Assembly: GCA_963796315.1 (NCBI GenBank)
Contig: CAWCLH010000020.1
Location: forward strand, 127,245-191,244
DNA length: 64,000 nt
Direction: 5' to 3'
Source: an uncultured Actinomycetota bacterium
Lineage (GTDB): Bacteria; Actinomycetota; Thermoleophilia; RBG-16-64-13
The notes beneath the pieces were generated by a model. The model ran no database searches. It was not told where the DNA came from and saw only the letters and a list, made by a program, of their open reading frames with translations. The translations under genes were made by a program, and so were the position numbers. Positions 9,506 through 22,836 of this stretch are shown piece by piece. Numbering within the stretch: position 1 is the first letter of the stretch; every line of letters begins with the position of its first letter.

Positions 9506-9981
9506 CTCCCCCGGACGGCTATCAGGTACGGGAGATGCGGGTCGGGGACCTCCACCAGGTCCACGCCATCGAGACCTCGTCGTTCACGCTTCCCTGGACC
9601 AGGGGGATGTTCCTGAACGAACTGGAGCACGAGATGGGGTGGACGCGGGTCGTGCTGGACGGCGAGGGTCGGATCTCGGCCTTCATCGTGTGCCGCTTCC
9701 TGGGAGATGCGTGGCACGTGATGGACCTGGCGGTGCGGGCCGGTCTCCGCCGGCGCGGGCTGGGTCGTTTCCTCCTTGCGGAGTTCTTCCAGGCCACCGA
9801 CGGCGCCGGATTCGATTTCTTCCTGGAGGTTCGACCCTCCAACGCCCCGGCGCTGGCCCTCTACCGGAGCCTTGGATTCGAGGTGGCCGGTCGCCGCCCC
9901 CGCTACTACCACGACACCAACGAGGACGCGTACGTCATGATCAGGCGGACGGCGATGGTGCCGGAGGCGGAGACCCCGTGA
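9493..9981 (+). CDS. rimI: Ribosomal-protein-alanine N-acetyltransferase RimI
   Basis: MGFVTPPDGYQVREMRVGDLHQVHAIETSSFTLPWTRGMFLNEL...LAVRAGLRRRGLGRFLL...LEVRPSNAPALALYRSLGF is a GNAT/RimI signature. Confidence 0.8.
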   Translation: MGFVTPPDGYQVREMRVGDLHQVHAIETSSFTLPWTRGMFLNELEHEMGWTRVVLDGEGRISAFIVCRFLGDAWHVMDLAVRAGLRRRGLGRFLLAEFFQATDGAGFDFFLEVRPSNAPALALYRSLGFEVAGRRPRYYHDTNEDAYVMIRRTAMVPEAETP

Positions 9982-11009
9982 GCGGACCCTACCTGCTGGC
10001 CATCGAGACCTCCTGCGACGACACCGCGGCCGCCGTGCTGGACGCGGAGGGTCACGTGCTCTCGTCGGTGTCGCACTCGCAGGACCTGATCCACGAGAAG
10101 TACGGGGGCGTGGTGCCCGAGGTGGCCAGCCGAGCGCACGTGGAGCGGGCCACGGCGGTGGTCCGCGAGGCGGTGGCGGGGGCCGGCCTCCAGATGGGTG
10201 ACCTGGGGCGGGTGGCGGTGACGGTGGGGCCGGGCCTGATCGGCGCGCTGCTGGTCGGCCTGATGACGGCCAAGGCCATCGCGTGGTCCCGCCGGCTTCC
10301 CCTCACCCCGGTCCACCACCTCCACGGCCATCTCGCCGCCGTCTGGCTGACCGAGCCGGGGGTCGGCTTCCCCCACGTCACCCTGATCGCCTCCGGCGGT
10401 CACACCAGCCTGGTCCGGGTCGACGGCCCGGGCACGTTCCGGGTGCTGGGCCAGACCATGGACGACGCCGCCGGCGAGGCGATGGACAAGGGCGCCCGCC
10501 TCCTGGGCCTGGGCTACCCGGGCGGCAGGGAGCTGGATCGGTTGGCCGAGGACGGCGATCCGGGGGCGTTCTCCTTCCCGGTGGCCCTTCGCAAGCCCGG
10601 GAACCTGGACTTCTCGTTCTCGGGGCTCAAGACGGCGCTCTACTACGTGCTGCGGGACATGACGCCCGACGAGCGGCGGGCAGCGGCGCGGCCGACCTGG
10701 CCGCCGCCTACCGGGCGGCGGCGGTCGAGGCGCTCGTATCGAAGCTGTTCGCCGCCGCCCGCGCGGAAGGGGTGGGCACGGTGGCCGTCGCCGGCGGCGT
10801 GGCCGCCAACTCGCTGCTGCGTCGGCGCCTCGAGGCCGAGGGAGCCGGAGGCGGGGTACCGCGTGGTGGTTCCCCCGGTGCGGTACTGCACCGACAACGC
10901 GGCGATGATCGGGGCGGCGGCGCTGGCCGGCCCGCAGTTGCCCTTCCCCGATTACCTGGGCCTCGAGGCGTCGGCCTCACTCGCCTTGGGCCAGTTGCCC
11001 GCCTGGTGA
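9978..11009 (+). CDS. tsaD: tRNA N6-adenosine threonylcarbamoyltransferase TsaD (Kae1/Gcp); frameshifted near 10690
   Basis: VSGPYLLAIETSCDDTAAAVL...SRAHVE...HHLHGHLAAVWL...GGHTSLV...VAVAGGVAANS are the characteristic TsaD motifs. Confidence 0.85.
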   Translation: MSGPYLLAIETSCDDTAAAVLDAEGHVLSSVSHSQDLIHEKYGGVVPEVASRAHVERATAVVREAVAGAGLQMGDLGRVAVTVGPGLIGALLVGLMTAKAIAWSRRLPLTPVHHLHGHLAAVWLTEPGVGFPHVTLIASGGHTSLVRVDGPGTFRVLGQTMDDAAGEAMDKGARLLGLGYPGGRELDRLAEDGDPGAFSFPVALRKPGNLDFSFSGLKTALYYVLRDMTPDERRAAARPTWPPPTGRRRSRRSYRSCSPPPARKGWARWPSPAAWPPTRCCVGASRPREPEAGYRVVVPPVRYCTDNAAMIGAAALAGPQLPFPDYLGLEASASLALGQLPAW

Positions 11010-11080
11010 GTCTGGTCTAGCCCGCCCGAAGCGGATCCACCTGTTCCGTCGCCGACCTGTTTGGCACTCTCCTCCCGCGT

Positions 11081-11108
11081 TTGACAATCCGCTGCGAGCC
11101 GGTATCAT
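11081..11108 (+). promoter_or_regulatory. Sigma-A-type promoter for groES-groEL (-35 TTGACA 11081-11086, 16-nt spacer, -10 TATCAT 11103-11108)
   Basis: Near-consensus hexamers by sequence. CIRCE lies immediately downstream. Confidence 0.45.
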
Positions 11109-11118
11109 AGGCGGAGGT

Positions 11119-11145
11119 TTGGCACTCCCCGTCAGAGAGTGCCAA
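11119..11145 (+). promoter_or_regulatory. CIRCE (HrcA operator) inverted repeat TTGGCACTC-N9-GAGTGCCAA
   Basis: Perfect 9-bp inverted repeat with a 9-nt spacer, 65 nt upstream of groES. A second half-site-like copy (TTGGCACTC) sits at 11061-11069. Confidence 0.7.
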
Positions 11146-11210
11146 GAGAAGAAGGAAGCATCTGCCTGCGGGCAGCACCGGTCAACAGTATCTTGGAAGG
11201 AGGGTTGTGC

Positions 11211-13194
<1,984 letters not shown>

Positions 13195-13251
13195 GCATGA
13201 GCCCCGACAGGCTCTTGGCGGCGGGTCTCGGGAGAGACGCGCCGCGCGGAC

Positions 13252-13277
13252 GGCGGGCGGCCTTCGGGCCGCCCGCC
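13252..13277 (+). terminator. Stem-loop downstream of groEL (GGCGGGCGGCC-TTCG-GGCCGCCCGCC); possible terminator
   Basis: Perfect 11-bp inverted repeat about 58 nt after the groEL stop. There is no clear U-tract. Confidence 0.35.
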
Positions 13278-13497
13278 GTCGTTCATCGACGAGGGCCGGC
13301 GGTGTTGCCGACCGATGGCGCCGGGCAGGTGCTGTACACTTGACCGGCTACCAGCGTCGCAGGTGGGGCCCGTCCCCACCTTCTTGGTCTCGAGGGTCGT
13401 CGGTCGTTTGATACCGCCCATTCGCGGTAATCGTGAAGGCGGTCGGGTGGCGCCGTTCGGCGCGGTCCCGACGACGTCCGGCAGAAAGGAGCTGTGG

Positions 13498-13953
13498 ATG
13501 AACGAGCAGGCGGAGAAGGCCTTCAAGGAGATGCTGGACATCTCCACGGACCTGGACAAGGCCGTCCTCTTTCGGGGCGAACAGGTCGAGGCCTCCAACT
13601 TCCCGGAGACGTTGCGGGGAGCCATGGTGGCGAAGGCCCAGGAATTGGCCAAGCTGGGCGATCAGCACGCGACGGACATGGGCTCCTCGCCCTTGACGCA
13701 GCTGATGGTCGAGACCGGCGCGGGCATGGTCTTCCTGGTCCGGGAAGCCGGTGCCGGTGGGATGGGCGTGCTGGCCACGGGCAAGAAGGACAGCCGGATC
13801 GGGTTGGTGTTCTACGACATGAAGACCTGCATCCGGGACGCGCAGGAAGAGGAGACGGGCGACGTGGTGATCCCGTCCGCCGAGCCGACCCCGGCGCCGG
13901 AGGCCGAGCCGTCGACCGACGCCGGTACGCAAGGGGAAGAGGTGACGGAATGA
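13498..13953 (+). CDS. Hypothetical protein, possibly roadblock/LC7-like
   Basis: ATG preceded by AAAGGAG. 151 aa with an acidic C-terminal tail. Only weak fold-level resemblance. Confidence 0.3.
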   Translation: MNEQAEKAFKEMLDISTDLDKAVLFRGEQVEASNFPETLRGAMVAKAQELAKLGDQHATDMGSSPLTQLMVETGAGMVFLVREAGAGGMGVLATGKKDSRIGLVFYDMKTCIRDAQEEETGDVVIPSAEPTPAPEAEPSTDAGTQGEEVTE

Positions 13954-14165
13954 AGCGACTCTTGAAGGGTTTCGGTCTGTTCTCCCTGCTGGCCTCTGCC
14001 GGGGCGGGCGCCTACTACTTCTTCTTCATGCGGGAGAAACGTCCCCAGGTGGAGCTCTACTTCGACGACGGCTCGATGCTGGCGTTGCAGGGTTCCTCGC
14101 CCGAAGCCGCCCCGTTCTTGAGCGCGGCGGACGACATCCTGGCCAAGAGCCCGGTGATGCCCTGA
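13950..14165 (+). CDS. Small membrane-anchored hypothetical protein
   Basis: MKRLLKGFGLFSLLASAGAGAYYFFFM.. The ATG overlaps the preceding stop. Confidence 0.3.
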   Translation: MKRLLKGFGLFSLLASAGAGAYYFFFMREKRPQVELYFDDGSMLALQGSSPEAAPFLSAADDILAKSPVMP

Positions 14166-14211
14166 TCATCCGTTCGATGCCGGACACAGCGGTGAGCGGG
14201 TCGTTGGGGGC

Positions 14212-15596
14212 TTGACCCCGGAGTTCACGACGACGCGTCCTGGAGCGCTCGCTGGCGCGCGGAGGGGATTTCGCGGAGCTCTTCGCGGAGGACCGCCGCT
14301 CGTTCTCGCTGCGGCTGGAGGACAGACGCATCGAGGATGTCGTCCTCGGGCGCCGACCGGGGAGCCTCCATCCGCCTCGTGCGGGGCGACACCACCTCCT
14401 TCGGCTACGCGGACTCGCTGGACGAGGAGGCGCTGCTGGCACTGGCCGACCGCCTGAGCGCCAGCATGGCAGAGGCGGCTTCTCTGCCCGCCTCGGCGGC
14501 GCTCGTGCGCTTGGCGCCGGTCGGTCTGGTGCGGGTGGATCCGGAGACCGTGGCGGCGCCGGACAAGGCGGGAGTGCTTCGTCTGGCCGACGAGGTCGGC
14601 CCGCGCGCGGTCTCCCGAGGTGCGCCAGGTCGCGGCCAGCTACTCGGAAGGGCGGCAGCAGGTACTGGTGGCGAACTCTCGGGGCACCTTCGCCCGGGAC
14701 GACCGCACCCGCGTGGTGCTGGGCCTGACGGTGGTCGCCCAGAGAGAGGGCGTCATCCAGACCGGTCGGGAGACGCTGGCCCACCTGGGCGGGTACGAGC
14801 TGATCCAGGAAGCGGACATCCCCGCCTTCGCCGAAGACGTGGCCGACAAGGCGCTGATCATGCTGGGAGCGATTCCGTCGCCGTCGGGCCGCATGCCGGT
14901 GGTCCTGGCCGGCGGCTTTGGCGGCGTGCTCTTCCACGAGGCGGTGGGTCACGGCCTGGAGGCGGACTTCATCGTCAAGCGCACCAGCATCTGGGAAGGC
15001 CGCCTGGGCGAGCGGGTGGCCGCGGACTTCGTCACGGCTTACGACGACGGCGTGACGCGCCGGCATGTGGGGCAGCGGCCTCGTCGACGACGAGGGCACC
15101 CCCACGGAGAAGACCCGGGTGGTGGACGCCGGCGTCCTCAGCGGCTACCTGGTCGACCTGCTGCGTGGGGACAAACTGGGGATGGCCTCGACCGGGAACG
15201 GCCGGCGGCAGAGCTACCGCCACCTGCCCTATCCGCGCATGACCAACACCTACTTCGCGCCGGGCACCGGCTCGGCCGGTCGACCTGATCGCCGACACGC
15301 CTCGGGCCTTCTACGCCAAGAGTCTGGCCGGCGGCCAGGTGGATCCGGCCACGGGCGATTTCGTGTTCGGCGTGTCGGAGGGCTACCTGATCGAGGACGG
15401 GCGGATCGGCCCGCCGGTCCGCGGTGCCACCCTGATCGGGAACGGTGCCGAGGTGCTGCAGAACATCGATGCCATCGCGGACGACCTGGACCTGAAGGCG
15501 GGCATGTGCGGCAAGGAGGGTCAGTCGGTGCCGGTGGGGACCGGGCAACCTACCCTGCGTCTGCGGGAACTCACCGTCGGAGGGACGGCGGTGTGA
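14212..15596 (+). CDS. tldD: Metalloprotease TldD; multiple frameshifts
   Basis: ..GDFAELFAEDRRSFSLRLEDRRIEDV...IRLVRGDTTSFGYADSLDEEAL...VLAGGFGGVLFHEAVGHGLEADF...GNGRRQSYRHLPYPRMTNTYF...GMCGKEGQSVPVGTGQPTLRL is the TldD signature (HEAVGH). Confidence 0.8.
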
Positions 15597-16969
15597 TGGG
15601 CCAGGACCTGCTTCGTTCTGGCCCGCGACGTGCTGGATCGGGCCGCCCGCCTGCCTGGAGAGGTGGAGGTCTATGCCGAGCACGGGCAGACCACCTCCAT
15701 CAAGGTCTACGCCGGCGCGGTGGAGTCCCTCGTGACCGGCGAACCCCAAGGGGTAGGCGTGCGCTACCTGGACGGCGGCCGCCGAGGATACGCCTACACG
15801 GGCGACCTCAGTCCGGACGCGCTTGATCGCGTCGTGGCCCAAGCGGCCGAGAATGCCTCCGCATCCGACGTGGACGAATTCGTGGGCCTGCCCGAGCGCC
15901 GCCGCCGGCTACCCCGCGATCGAGGGGCTGTGGCGCCCGGGACTGGCGGCGGCGAGCACGGAGCAGAAGATCGCGCTTGCGCTGGAGGCGGAGCGCGTGG
16001 CCCTTCCGTGCCGGAGATCGAGACCGTGGAGGAGAGCACGTACTCGGACGCGGCCGGGCGGGCGGCCATCGTCTCCAGCCGCGGGGTCGAGGCCTACGGG
16101 GAGCAGACCTTCTGCTACGTCTACGCCTCGGCCCACGCCCGCCGGGGGGAGGACGTCCAGACCGCCCTGGGGTTCGAGGCCGGCCGGGAGCCTGCGGAGC
16201 TGGACGCCGAGGCCGCCGGGACGAGAGGCGGGGGTGCGCGCGGCCGGCCTCCTGGGGGCGAGCCAGTGTCCCAGCGAACGCACCACGATCGTCTTCGACC
16301 GGGAGGTGGCCGCCGCGGTGCTCAGCGTCATCGCCCAGGCGCTCTCCGCGGACGCGGTGCAGAAGGGACGGTCCCTCTTCGCCGGCCGCCTGGGCCAGAC
16401 GATCGCCGCCTCCGGCTTCAGCCTGGTGGACGACGGCCTTCATCCGGAGGGGCATGGCCACGTCGCCCTTCGACGACGAGGGCGTACCCCGGCAGCGCAC
16501 GCCCCTGATCGAGGAGGGCGTGCTGCGCGCGTTCCTCCACACCACGTACACGGCCCGCAAGGAAGGGGGCGCGACCCGGTCCACGGGCAACGCCTCTCGC
16601 GGCTCCTACCGCTCCCCGCCGGGCGTGTCCACATCGAATCTCGTCGTGCAGAACGGGCGGGGAAGCCTGGACGACCTCTTCGCCCGCGTGGGCCGCGGTC
16701 TCTACGTGGTCAGCATCACCGGGCTGCATTCGGGCGCCAACCCGGTCAGCGGCGAGTTCTCCGTGGGAGCGACCGGCCACCTGATCGAGGGCGGGAGTCG
16801 AGGCCGGCCGGTGCGCGAGGTGACCATCGCCTCCGATCTCGTGTCGCTGCTGCAGCAGGTCCAGGACGCCGCCGGCGACGCCCGCTGGGTGCCGCTCTAC
16901 GGGAGCGTCCTGACCCCGTCGCTCGCCATCGGCGGCGTGACGGTGTCCGGAAGCTCGGCCGCCCGATGA
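15596..16969 (+). CDS. pmbA: Metalloprotease PmbA/TldE; multiple frameshifts
   Basis: ATG overlapping the tldD TGA. ..EVEVYAEHGQTTSIKVYAGAVESL...GVGVRYLDGGRRGYAYTGD...SVGATGHLIEGGSRGRPVREVTIASDLVSLLQQV... is TldE/PmbA family. Confidence 0.8.
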
Positions 16970-17566
16970 GGAAGGAGTCGTTGGGACGGCTGCTGCTGGC
17001 CGTCGCCTACCTGGAGGGGGACTTTGTGCTGCGCTCCGGGAAGCGCAGCCGGTACTACCTGGACAAGTACCTGTTCGAGACGGAGCCGCGCGTGCTGCGC
17101 GGCATCGTTCGCGAGCTCTCGCGGATGATCCGGGAGGAGCTGGCCCGCGATGCCGGCTACCAGCGTCTGGCCGCACCGGAACTCGGGGCCGTCGCCTTGG
17201 CCGCCGGGGTCTCGCTGGAGACCGGCCTGCCCTTCCTGATCGTGCGCAAGGAGAGCAAGGAGTACGGGACGGCGAAAGGCCTGGAAGGCAGCCTGGAACC
17301 CGGGCGAGCGGGTGGCGGTGGTGGAGGACATCGTGACCTCGGCCGGCGCGGCCCTCTCTGCCGTGGGCAGGCTGCGCGACGCGGGCCTGGTGGTGGAGGA
17401 CCTCTACTGCGTCGTCGACCGCGAGGAGGGCGGTCGCGCAGCGGCCGCCGCGGAGGGGGTGCGTCTGCACCCGTTGTTCACGTCCACCGAGTTGGGGATC
17501 CTGCCCACGCCGGACCCTGACGGAGACGGTGGCACGGCTTCGTCGCGCGGCCGCGAGACCGCTTAG
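16966..17566 (+). CDS. pyrE: Orotate phosphoribosyltransferase; frameshift near 17300
   Basis: MRKESLGRLLLAVAYLEGDFVLRSGKRSRYYLDKYLFETEPRVL...VVEDIVTSAGAALSAV is a PRTase motif. Confidence 0.8.
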
Positions 17567-17671
17567 GAGGCCTAGAAAGGCGGTAAACCCTCGTTGCGCC
17601 CGATGCTTGTTGGGTCGGTGGGGGTCTGCTAAGTTGGGAAGCTGAGGGTGCAATCAAGGGAGGTAAGTACG

Positions 17672-17945
17672 GTGACCAAAGCAGAGTTCATCGACAAGGT
17701 GGCGGGGAAGACCGGCCTGAGCAAGAAGGACGCCGGCGCGGCGGTCGAGGCGTTCATGGAGGTCGTGAAGGAGTCGCTGAAGTCCGGTGAGGATGTACAG
17801 TTCACCGGCTTCGGCAAGTTCTATGTCCAGGCTCGCGAGAGCCGGCAGGGCATCAACCCGCAGACCAAGGAGCGGATCGAGATCGCGGCGAGCAAGGTAC
17901 CGCGGTTTTCGGCCGGCGCCTGCTCTCAAGAGCTCACTGAAGTAG
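17672..17945 (+). CDS. hup: DNA-binding protein HU; the 3' end needs a 1-nt correction
   Basis: GTG after GGGAGGTAAG. VTKAEFIDKVAGKTGLSKKDAGAAVEAFMEVVKESLKSGEDVQFTGFGKFYVQARESRQGINPQTKERIEIAASKVPRFSAG.. Confidence 0.85.
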
Positions 17946-17968
17946 GTCAGCCTCCCTTCGTTGACGGA

Positions 17969-17996
17969 AGGGCCGCTCCGGGGCGGCCTTTTTCTT
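17969..17996 (+). terminator. Rho-independent terminator after hup (AAGGGCCGC-TCCGGG-GCGGCCTT + TTTTCT)
   Basis: GC-rich hairpin followed by a T-tract. Confidence 0.7.
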
Positions 17997-18023
17997 GTGT
18001 GAGCAACTTCGCCGACAGACTTC

Positions 18024-18895
18024 TTGGAAGCCATCGAGCGGAAGCGCTCGCACGTGGTCGTGGGCCTGGACCCGGACTACTCGTTGCTGCCGCCCGAACT
18101 GAGGAGGCGCCACGAGGAGATCGGGTACGAGCACCAGAGCGACCGCGCCTGCGGCGCCTACGCGGAGTTCCTGCGGACTCTCTTGCCGGCCCTCGCGGAC
18201 GTCGTCGTCGCCGTGAAGCCGCAACTGGCCTACTTCGAGGCGCAGGGCGCGGCCGGGTATTCCTTGTACGAGCAGGTGGTGCGCATCGCGCGCGAGTTGG
18301 GCTACGTGGTGATCGCCGACGCGAAGCGGGGCGACATCGGCTCCACCGCCGAGGCCTACGCGCAGGCGCACCTGGATCGGGTCGGCGCCGATGCCATCAC
18401 GGTGAACCCCTGGCTGGGCACCGACGGGTTGGAACCCTTCCTCCGTCGAGCGCGAGAGGGACGACAAAGGGGTGTTCGTGCTGCTCAAGACCTCCAACCC
18501 CAGTGCTGCGGAGTTGCAGGACCTGCCGCTGGACTCGGGCGAGACGCTCGTCCAGCACGCCGGCGCGCTGGTGCGGCGCTGGAGCGAGGGGACCGTGGGG
18601 GAGAGCGGCTACAGTGCGGTCGGGGCGGTCGTGGGAGGCACGCACCCGGCCCAAGTCGCCGACCTGCGGCGCAGACTGCCGGGGGTGCCGTTCCTGGTCC
18701 CCGGGTACGGCGCCCAGGGGGCGACCGCCGCCGACCTGGCCGCGGCGTTCCAAGGGGGGACGGGCGCGGTGGTCAACTCGTCTCGAGCGATCCTGTACGC
18801 CTACCGCGACAGGGGGCGGCGACTGGCTGGAGGCGGCGCGGGCCGAGGCCGAGTCCATGCGAACGGCGTTGTGGCGGGCGGCAGGCCGTGAGTAG
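18024..18895 (+). CDS. pyrF: Orotidine 5'-phosphate decarboxylase (long type-2 form); frameshift near 18470
   Basis: ..SHVVVGLDPDYSLLP...VKPQLAYFEAQG...VIADAKRGDIGSTAEAYA...FVLLKTSNPSAAELQDL...LVPGYGAQGATAADL.. Confidence 0.75.
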
Positions 18896-19323
18896 CCCGC
18901 CGGAGAAAGACCTCAGCCGGTACCTGGCTCCGGCGGCGTTTCTCGTGGCCGTGGTCGTGCTGGTCGTGGTGCTGGCCGCCTCGGGCGTGCTGGGAGGACG
19001 CGAGCGTGCCGTCACTCGGGAGACGACCACCAGCACGCGGGAGATATCGCTGGGCGAGGCAGGAGCACCTCCACCTCCAAGGGCACCACGACCACGAAGG
19101 CACGCACCACCACGACGACCGCCCGCGCCACGGCGACCACCCGAGCGGCGACCACGACGACCGGGCGGGCGGGTCAGACCTACGTGGTGAAGGCGGGGGA
19201 CTCCCCGGTGTCCATCGCGGAGAAGTACGGGGTCTCGGTCACGCGTCTGATGGAATACAACGGTATCAGCGACCCGTTGAACCTGCGCATCGGTCAGACG
19301 TTACGCATCCCGCCGAGCGACTG
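18888..19323 (+). CDS. LysM-domain protein with an N-terminal TM segment and a Thr-rich linker; frameshifted
   Basis: ..YLAPAAFLVAVVVLVVVLAA.. followed by a Thr-rich tract, then GQTYVVKAGDSPVSIAEKYGVSVTRLMEYNGISDPLNLRIGQTLRIP (LysM). Confidence 0.6.
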
Positions 19324-19689
19324 AGGAATCCAGCTCGACCGAGGTCGGCGCCGACCCCGCGGCCGGCCCGCGCACCATCCGCTTGACCAACCGGTACCCG
19401 ACCAGGCCGAGCGTGATCCCGGGGTTGCCCAGGTAGCTGACCTCCCATCCGCGTCCCAGGGACAGGTAGCGGCGCCGCCGGGCCCGGCGCAGCAGGCGAG
19501 GGGGACCCGCCGGGGCGAGGGGAAGCAACCATTCATGCCCGGCCTCGCGCGGTCCCAGCCAGAGGAAGACCCGGGTGGGCCGCACCTCCGCCCCGCCCCA
19601 GCCGCCGACGTACAGCACGACCGCGCGCTCCTGGAACGGGGTGGGCATCTCGTCCACGCGTACGCCGGGCAGCAGACGTCCGGGGCCGG

Positions 19690-20487
19690 TCACGCCTGAT
19701 CCCGACGCAGCAGGGCGTAGAGCGAGATGAGCACCACGTCCAACAGGGTCAGCAACAAGGCCCCCAGCAGCAACTGACTGACCGGGAGCATCACGAAGAT
19801 GCGGGTGCCGGCTTCGTAGTAGCGGTCGTAGAGAATGGCCAGCCCCGTCCAGGCCAGTTGAGCGGCCAGGAAGACGAAGAGGACGATCGGCCAGGAACGC
19901 GCCAGCAGGCCGATGCTCCGCCGGACGGCCTGCGGTGGCAGCAGATCCTCGAAGACCACCGCATAGTCGGCGAAGGCCAGCAGGATCGCCACGATCAGCA
20001 TGAGCAGGAGCACTCCCTGGAAGAGGATGCTCTTCGGGTCGAAGAGGATCGGCACCAAGTAGAGCAGCGCGTTGAAGACGAGGTAGAAGAGGGAGAGCCG
20101 AGCCAACTCGGGGACCGAGCGCGGCGCCAGCGGATAGCCCGGGCCGACGACGGCGCGGAAGAAAGGTGCCCGGATCGCGGCCGACAGTACGCAGACCACC
20201 ACACCGACCACCAGAGCCACCACGACGGTCGTGGGGGAGCTGAGGATGTGTCGCAGGTTGTCCTGAAGCCAGACCCAGGGCTGGGCGTTCGCCGCGGCAA
20301 AGTCGGACCAGCGCAGGCGACCATCCGCGACGGTGTAGACGGCCAGGAAACCGAGCGACTCGAGGAGCCCGAGGACGAAGGGGTACAGGAAGAGCAGTTG
20401 CTTGTGGACCAACCGTGACCACGCGGTCCGTGCCACTGCCCCGATCACGCCACCTCCCGTCGCCTGGATCCTGCGGGAGTATAGCAT
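19690..20487 (-). CDS. Polytopic membrane protein, hypothetical
   Basis: 265-aa ORF with multiple hydrophobic helices. No family assigned. Confidence 0.35.
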   Translation of the reverse strand: MLYSRRIQATGGGVIGAVARTAWSRLVHKQLLFLYPFVLGLLESLGFLAVYTVADGRLRWSDFAAANAQPWVWLQDNLRHILSSPTTVVVALVVGVVVCVLSAAIRAPFFRAVVGPGYPLAPRSVPELARLSLFYLVFNALLYLVPILFDPKSILFQGVLLLMLIVAILLAFADYAVVFEDLLPPQAVRRSIGLLARSWPIVLFVFLAAQLAWTGLAILYDRYYEAGTRIFVMLPVSQLLLGALLLTLLDVVLISLYALLRRDQA

Positions 20488-20564
20488 CGAGATTTCCCCC
20501 TCTTGCCCGGGCCTGTCGCGGCCTTTTTGCCAACCGTTTCTCGGCCGGAAGCCTCCAAACCTTC

Positions 20565-20573
20565 TGGTATACT
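20565..20573 (+). promoter_or_regulatory. Extended -10 element (TGgTATACT) 7 nt upstream of the ATG at 20581; suggests a leaderless transcript
   Basis: TG-n-TATACT matches the extended -10 form. There is no RBS between it and the ATG. Confidence 0.3.
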
Positions 20574-20580
20574 GGCCGCC

Positions 20581-21853
20581 ATGACCGCGACACGGATGAG
20601 GAGAGCGGCGCCGTTACCGCTCGTCGCGGTGCTTGGGTTACTCCTCTGGTTCATCTTCGCTTCAGTGCGCCTTCGCCGCGACGCCGAGCTCCTCCGGCGC
20701 CACTCTCGCCCTACTCCTTCGGCGAGTTCCCCGGGGGCCACAGGGACCGCGATCGCCACGCCACCGCAGGCGCCGAAGCGGCCTTCCGTGCAGGCCAAGG
20801 CGGCCGTGCTGATCAACATGGACGACGGGCGCCTGCTCTACGCCAAGAACGCCGACGAACGTCGCCCCATGGCCTCGACCACCAAGATCATGACCGGGAT
20901 CCTGGTGCTGGAGAAGCTGCCCCTCGACAAGGTGGTGGTGGCGTCGAAGAAGGCCGCGGCCGCGGGCGAATCGGAGATCTACCTGGTCCCTGGCGAGAAG
21001 CTGACCGTGGAGCAGTTGCTCGAGGCGCTGCTGGTGAAGAGCGCCAACGACGCCGCCGCCGATCTGGCCGAGGCGGTCGCGGGCAGCCAGGAGGCCTTCG
21101 TGGGCCTGATGAACCAGAAGGCCCAAGAGCTGGGATTGAGCAACACCCATTTCCAGAACCCCCATGGCTTGACCGCCAAGGACCACTACTCGTCCGCGCG
21201 CGATCTGGCGACGCTCGCCCGTTACGCCATGAAGAACCCGGACTTCCGCCGTCTGGTGGCGACCAAGAAGACCACCATCCCCTGGCCGGGACGCCCCTAC
21301 GACCGGGTGCTGAAGAACCACAACACCCTGCTGGGGGTGGCCCCCTACGTCACGGGCGTCAAGACCGGGTTCACGCTGCCGGCCGGCTTCTGCCTGGTGG
21401 GCTCGGGCTCCAAGGGCGGGGTCTCGCTGGTCAGCGTCGTCCTGGGCGAGTCCAACAAGGCGGCGGTGGACCAGGACTCCAAGCGGTTGCTGGAGTACGG
21501 GTTCTCCAGCTACAAGAAGGTCGTGCTGGTCGAGAAGGGCACCCGCTTCGCCTCGCTGGACATCCCGTACCAGCTGGATGGGAAGCTGCCGTTGGTGACC
21601 GACCGGAGCCTGGTGCGTACCGTCTACGTGGGCGAGCAGGTGTCCCACGACGTGGACTACCCCGCGGCGTTGGTGCCTCCCGTGGACGAAGGCTCGGTCT
21701 TGGGCAAGGTGCGGTATCTGGGGGAGAAGGACGGGCGAGCCGCTGGGGGAGGTCAACCTGGTGGCGCTGCGTTCCGTCGAGCAGCCCACCCTGGGCGTCA
21801 AGGTCCGGTACTTCTGGCAGCGTTTCGTGCAGTGGGTGCAGGCCGTCCTGTGA
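20581..21853 (+). CDS. D-alanyl-D-alanine carboxypeptidase (S11 peptidase, PBP5/DacB-like); 3' frameshift
   Basis: Signal/TM region, then ..AKAAVLINMDDGRLLYAKNADERRPMASTTKIMTGILVLEK...LLVKSANDAAADLAE..NPHGL.. (SxxK, SxN motifs). Confidence 0.85.
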
Positions 21854-21887
21854 CGCGCCACCGCACCGTTCGAGGGGGCTTTGTTCA

Positions 21888-22836
21888 GTGATCGTGACGG
21901 TGACGCTCAACGCGGCGCTGGATCGGACCCTGGCCGTGCCCAACTTCTCCGTGGGGTTCCGGCACCGGGCCACGGACACCCTGACGCTCCCGGGCGGCAA
22001 GGGCGTCAACGTCGCCCGCGTGGTCAAGTTGCTGGGCCAACCCGTGATCGCGACCGGCTTCGCCGGCGGGCGTACCGGTGACCGGATCGTCGCCGACCTG
22101 AACCGGGAGGGGATCCTCTCCGACTTCGTCCGGATCGAGGCCGAGTCGCGCACCTCGACCGCCGTCCTGGACCCCACCACCAACGTGGCCACCGAGATCA
22201 ACGAGTACGGGCCGCAGATCCAGCCGAACGAGCTGGAGTTGATGCTGGAGAAGCTCGACTACCTGTGCAAGGCGGCCGACGTGGTCGTGCTGGCCGGAAG
22301 CCTGCCCAGGAAGGTCGACGTCGCCATCTACGCGCAGCTGATCGCGCAGGTGAAAGCCCACGGGATCGCCGTGCTCTTCGACACGTATGGCGAGCCGCTC
22401 CGCCAGGGCATCAAGGCCGGGCCCGACGTGGTCTTCCCCAACCAGGTGGAGGCGGAGATGGTGATCGGTTACGAGTTCAGCGGCGAGGAAGACCTGGTCC
22501 ACGCCCCCGCCGGCCTGCGCGAGCTGGGGGCCCGTTCGGCGGTGGTCACCTACGGCCACGGCTGTGTCGCCGAGTTCAACGAGGACGGCCGGTCGGTGAC
22601 CGTCGTGGCGCGGGCCCCCCGAGTGGAGGCGCTATCCACCGTCGGCTCGGGCGACGCACTGGTGGGCGGCTACGCGGCCAGACTGCTCGAAGGGGATCCC
22701 GCCGTGGACTGCCTCCGCTTCGGCCTGGCCTGCGGCGCCGCCAACGCGCTTCGCTACGGGGCCGGCCTGATCGAACCGGAGTGCGGTCCGCCAGCTGGTC
22801 GATGCCGTGGAGATCGAGGAGGTGGCCGGCCGGTGA
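21888..22836 (+). CDS. PfkB-family carbohydrate kinase (1-phosphofructokinase/tagatose-6-P kinase-like); 3' frameshift
   Basis: VIVTVTLNAALDRTL...LPGGKGVNVARVV...STVGSGDALVGGYAARL (DTxGAGD-type motif). Confidence 0.7.
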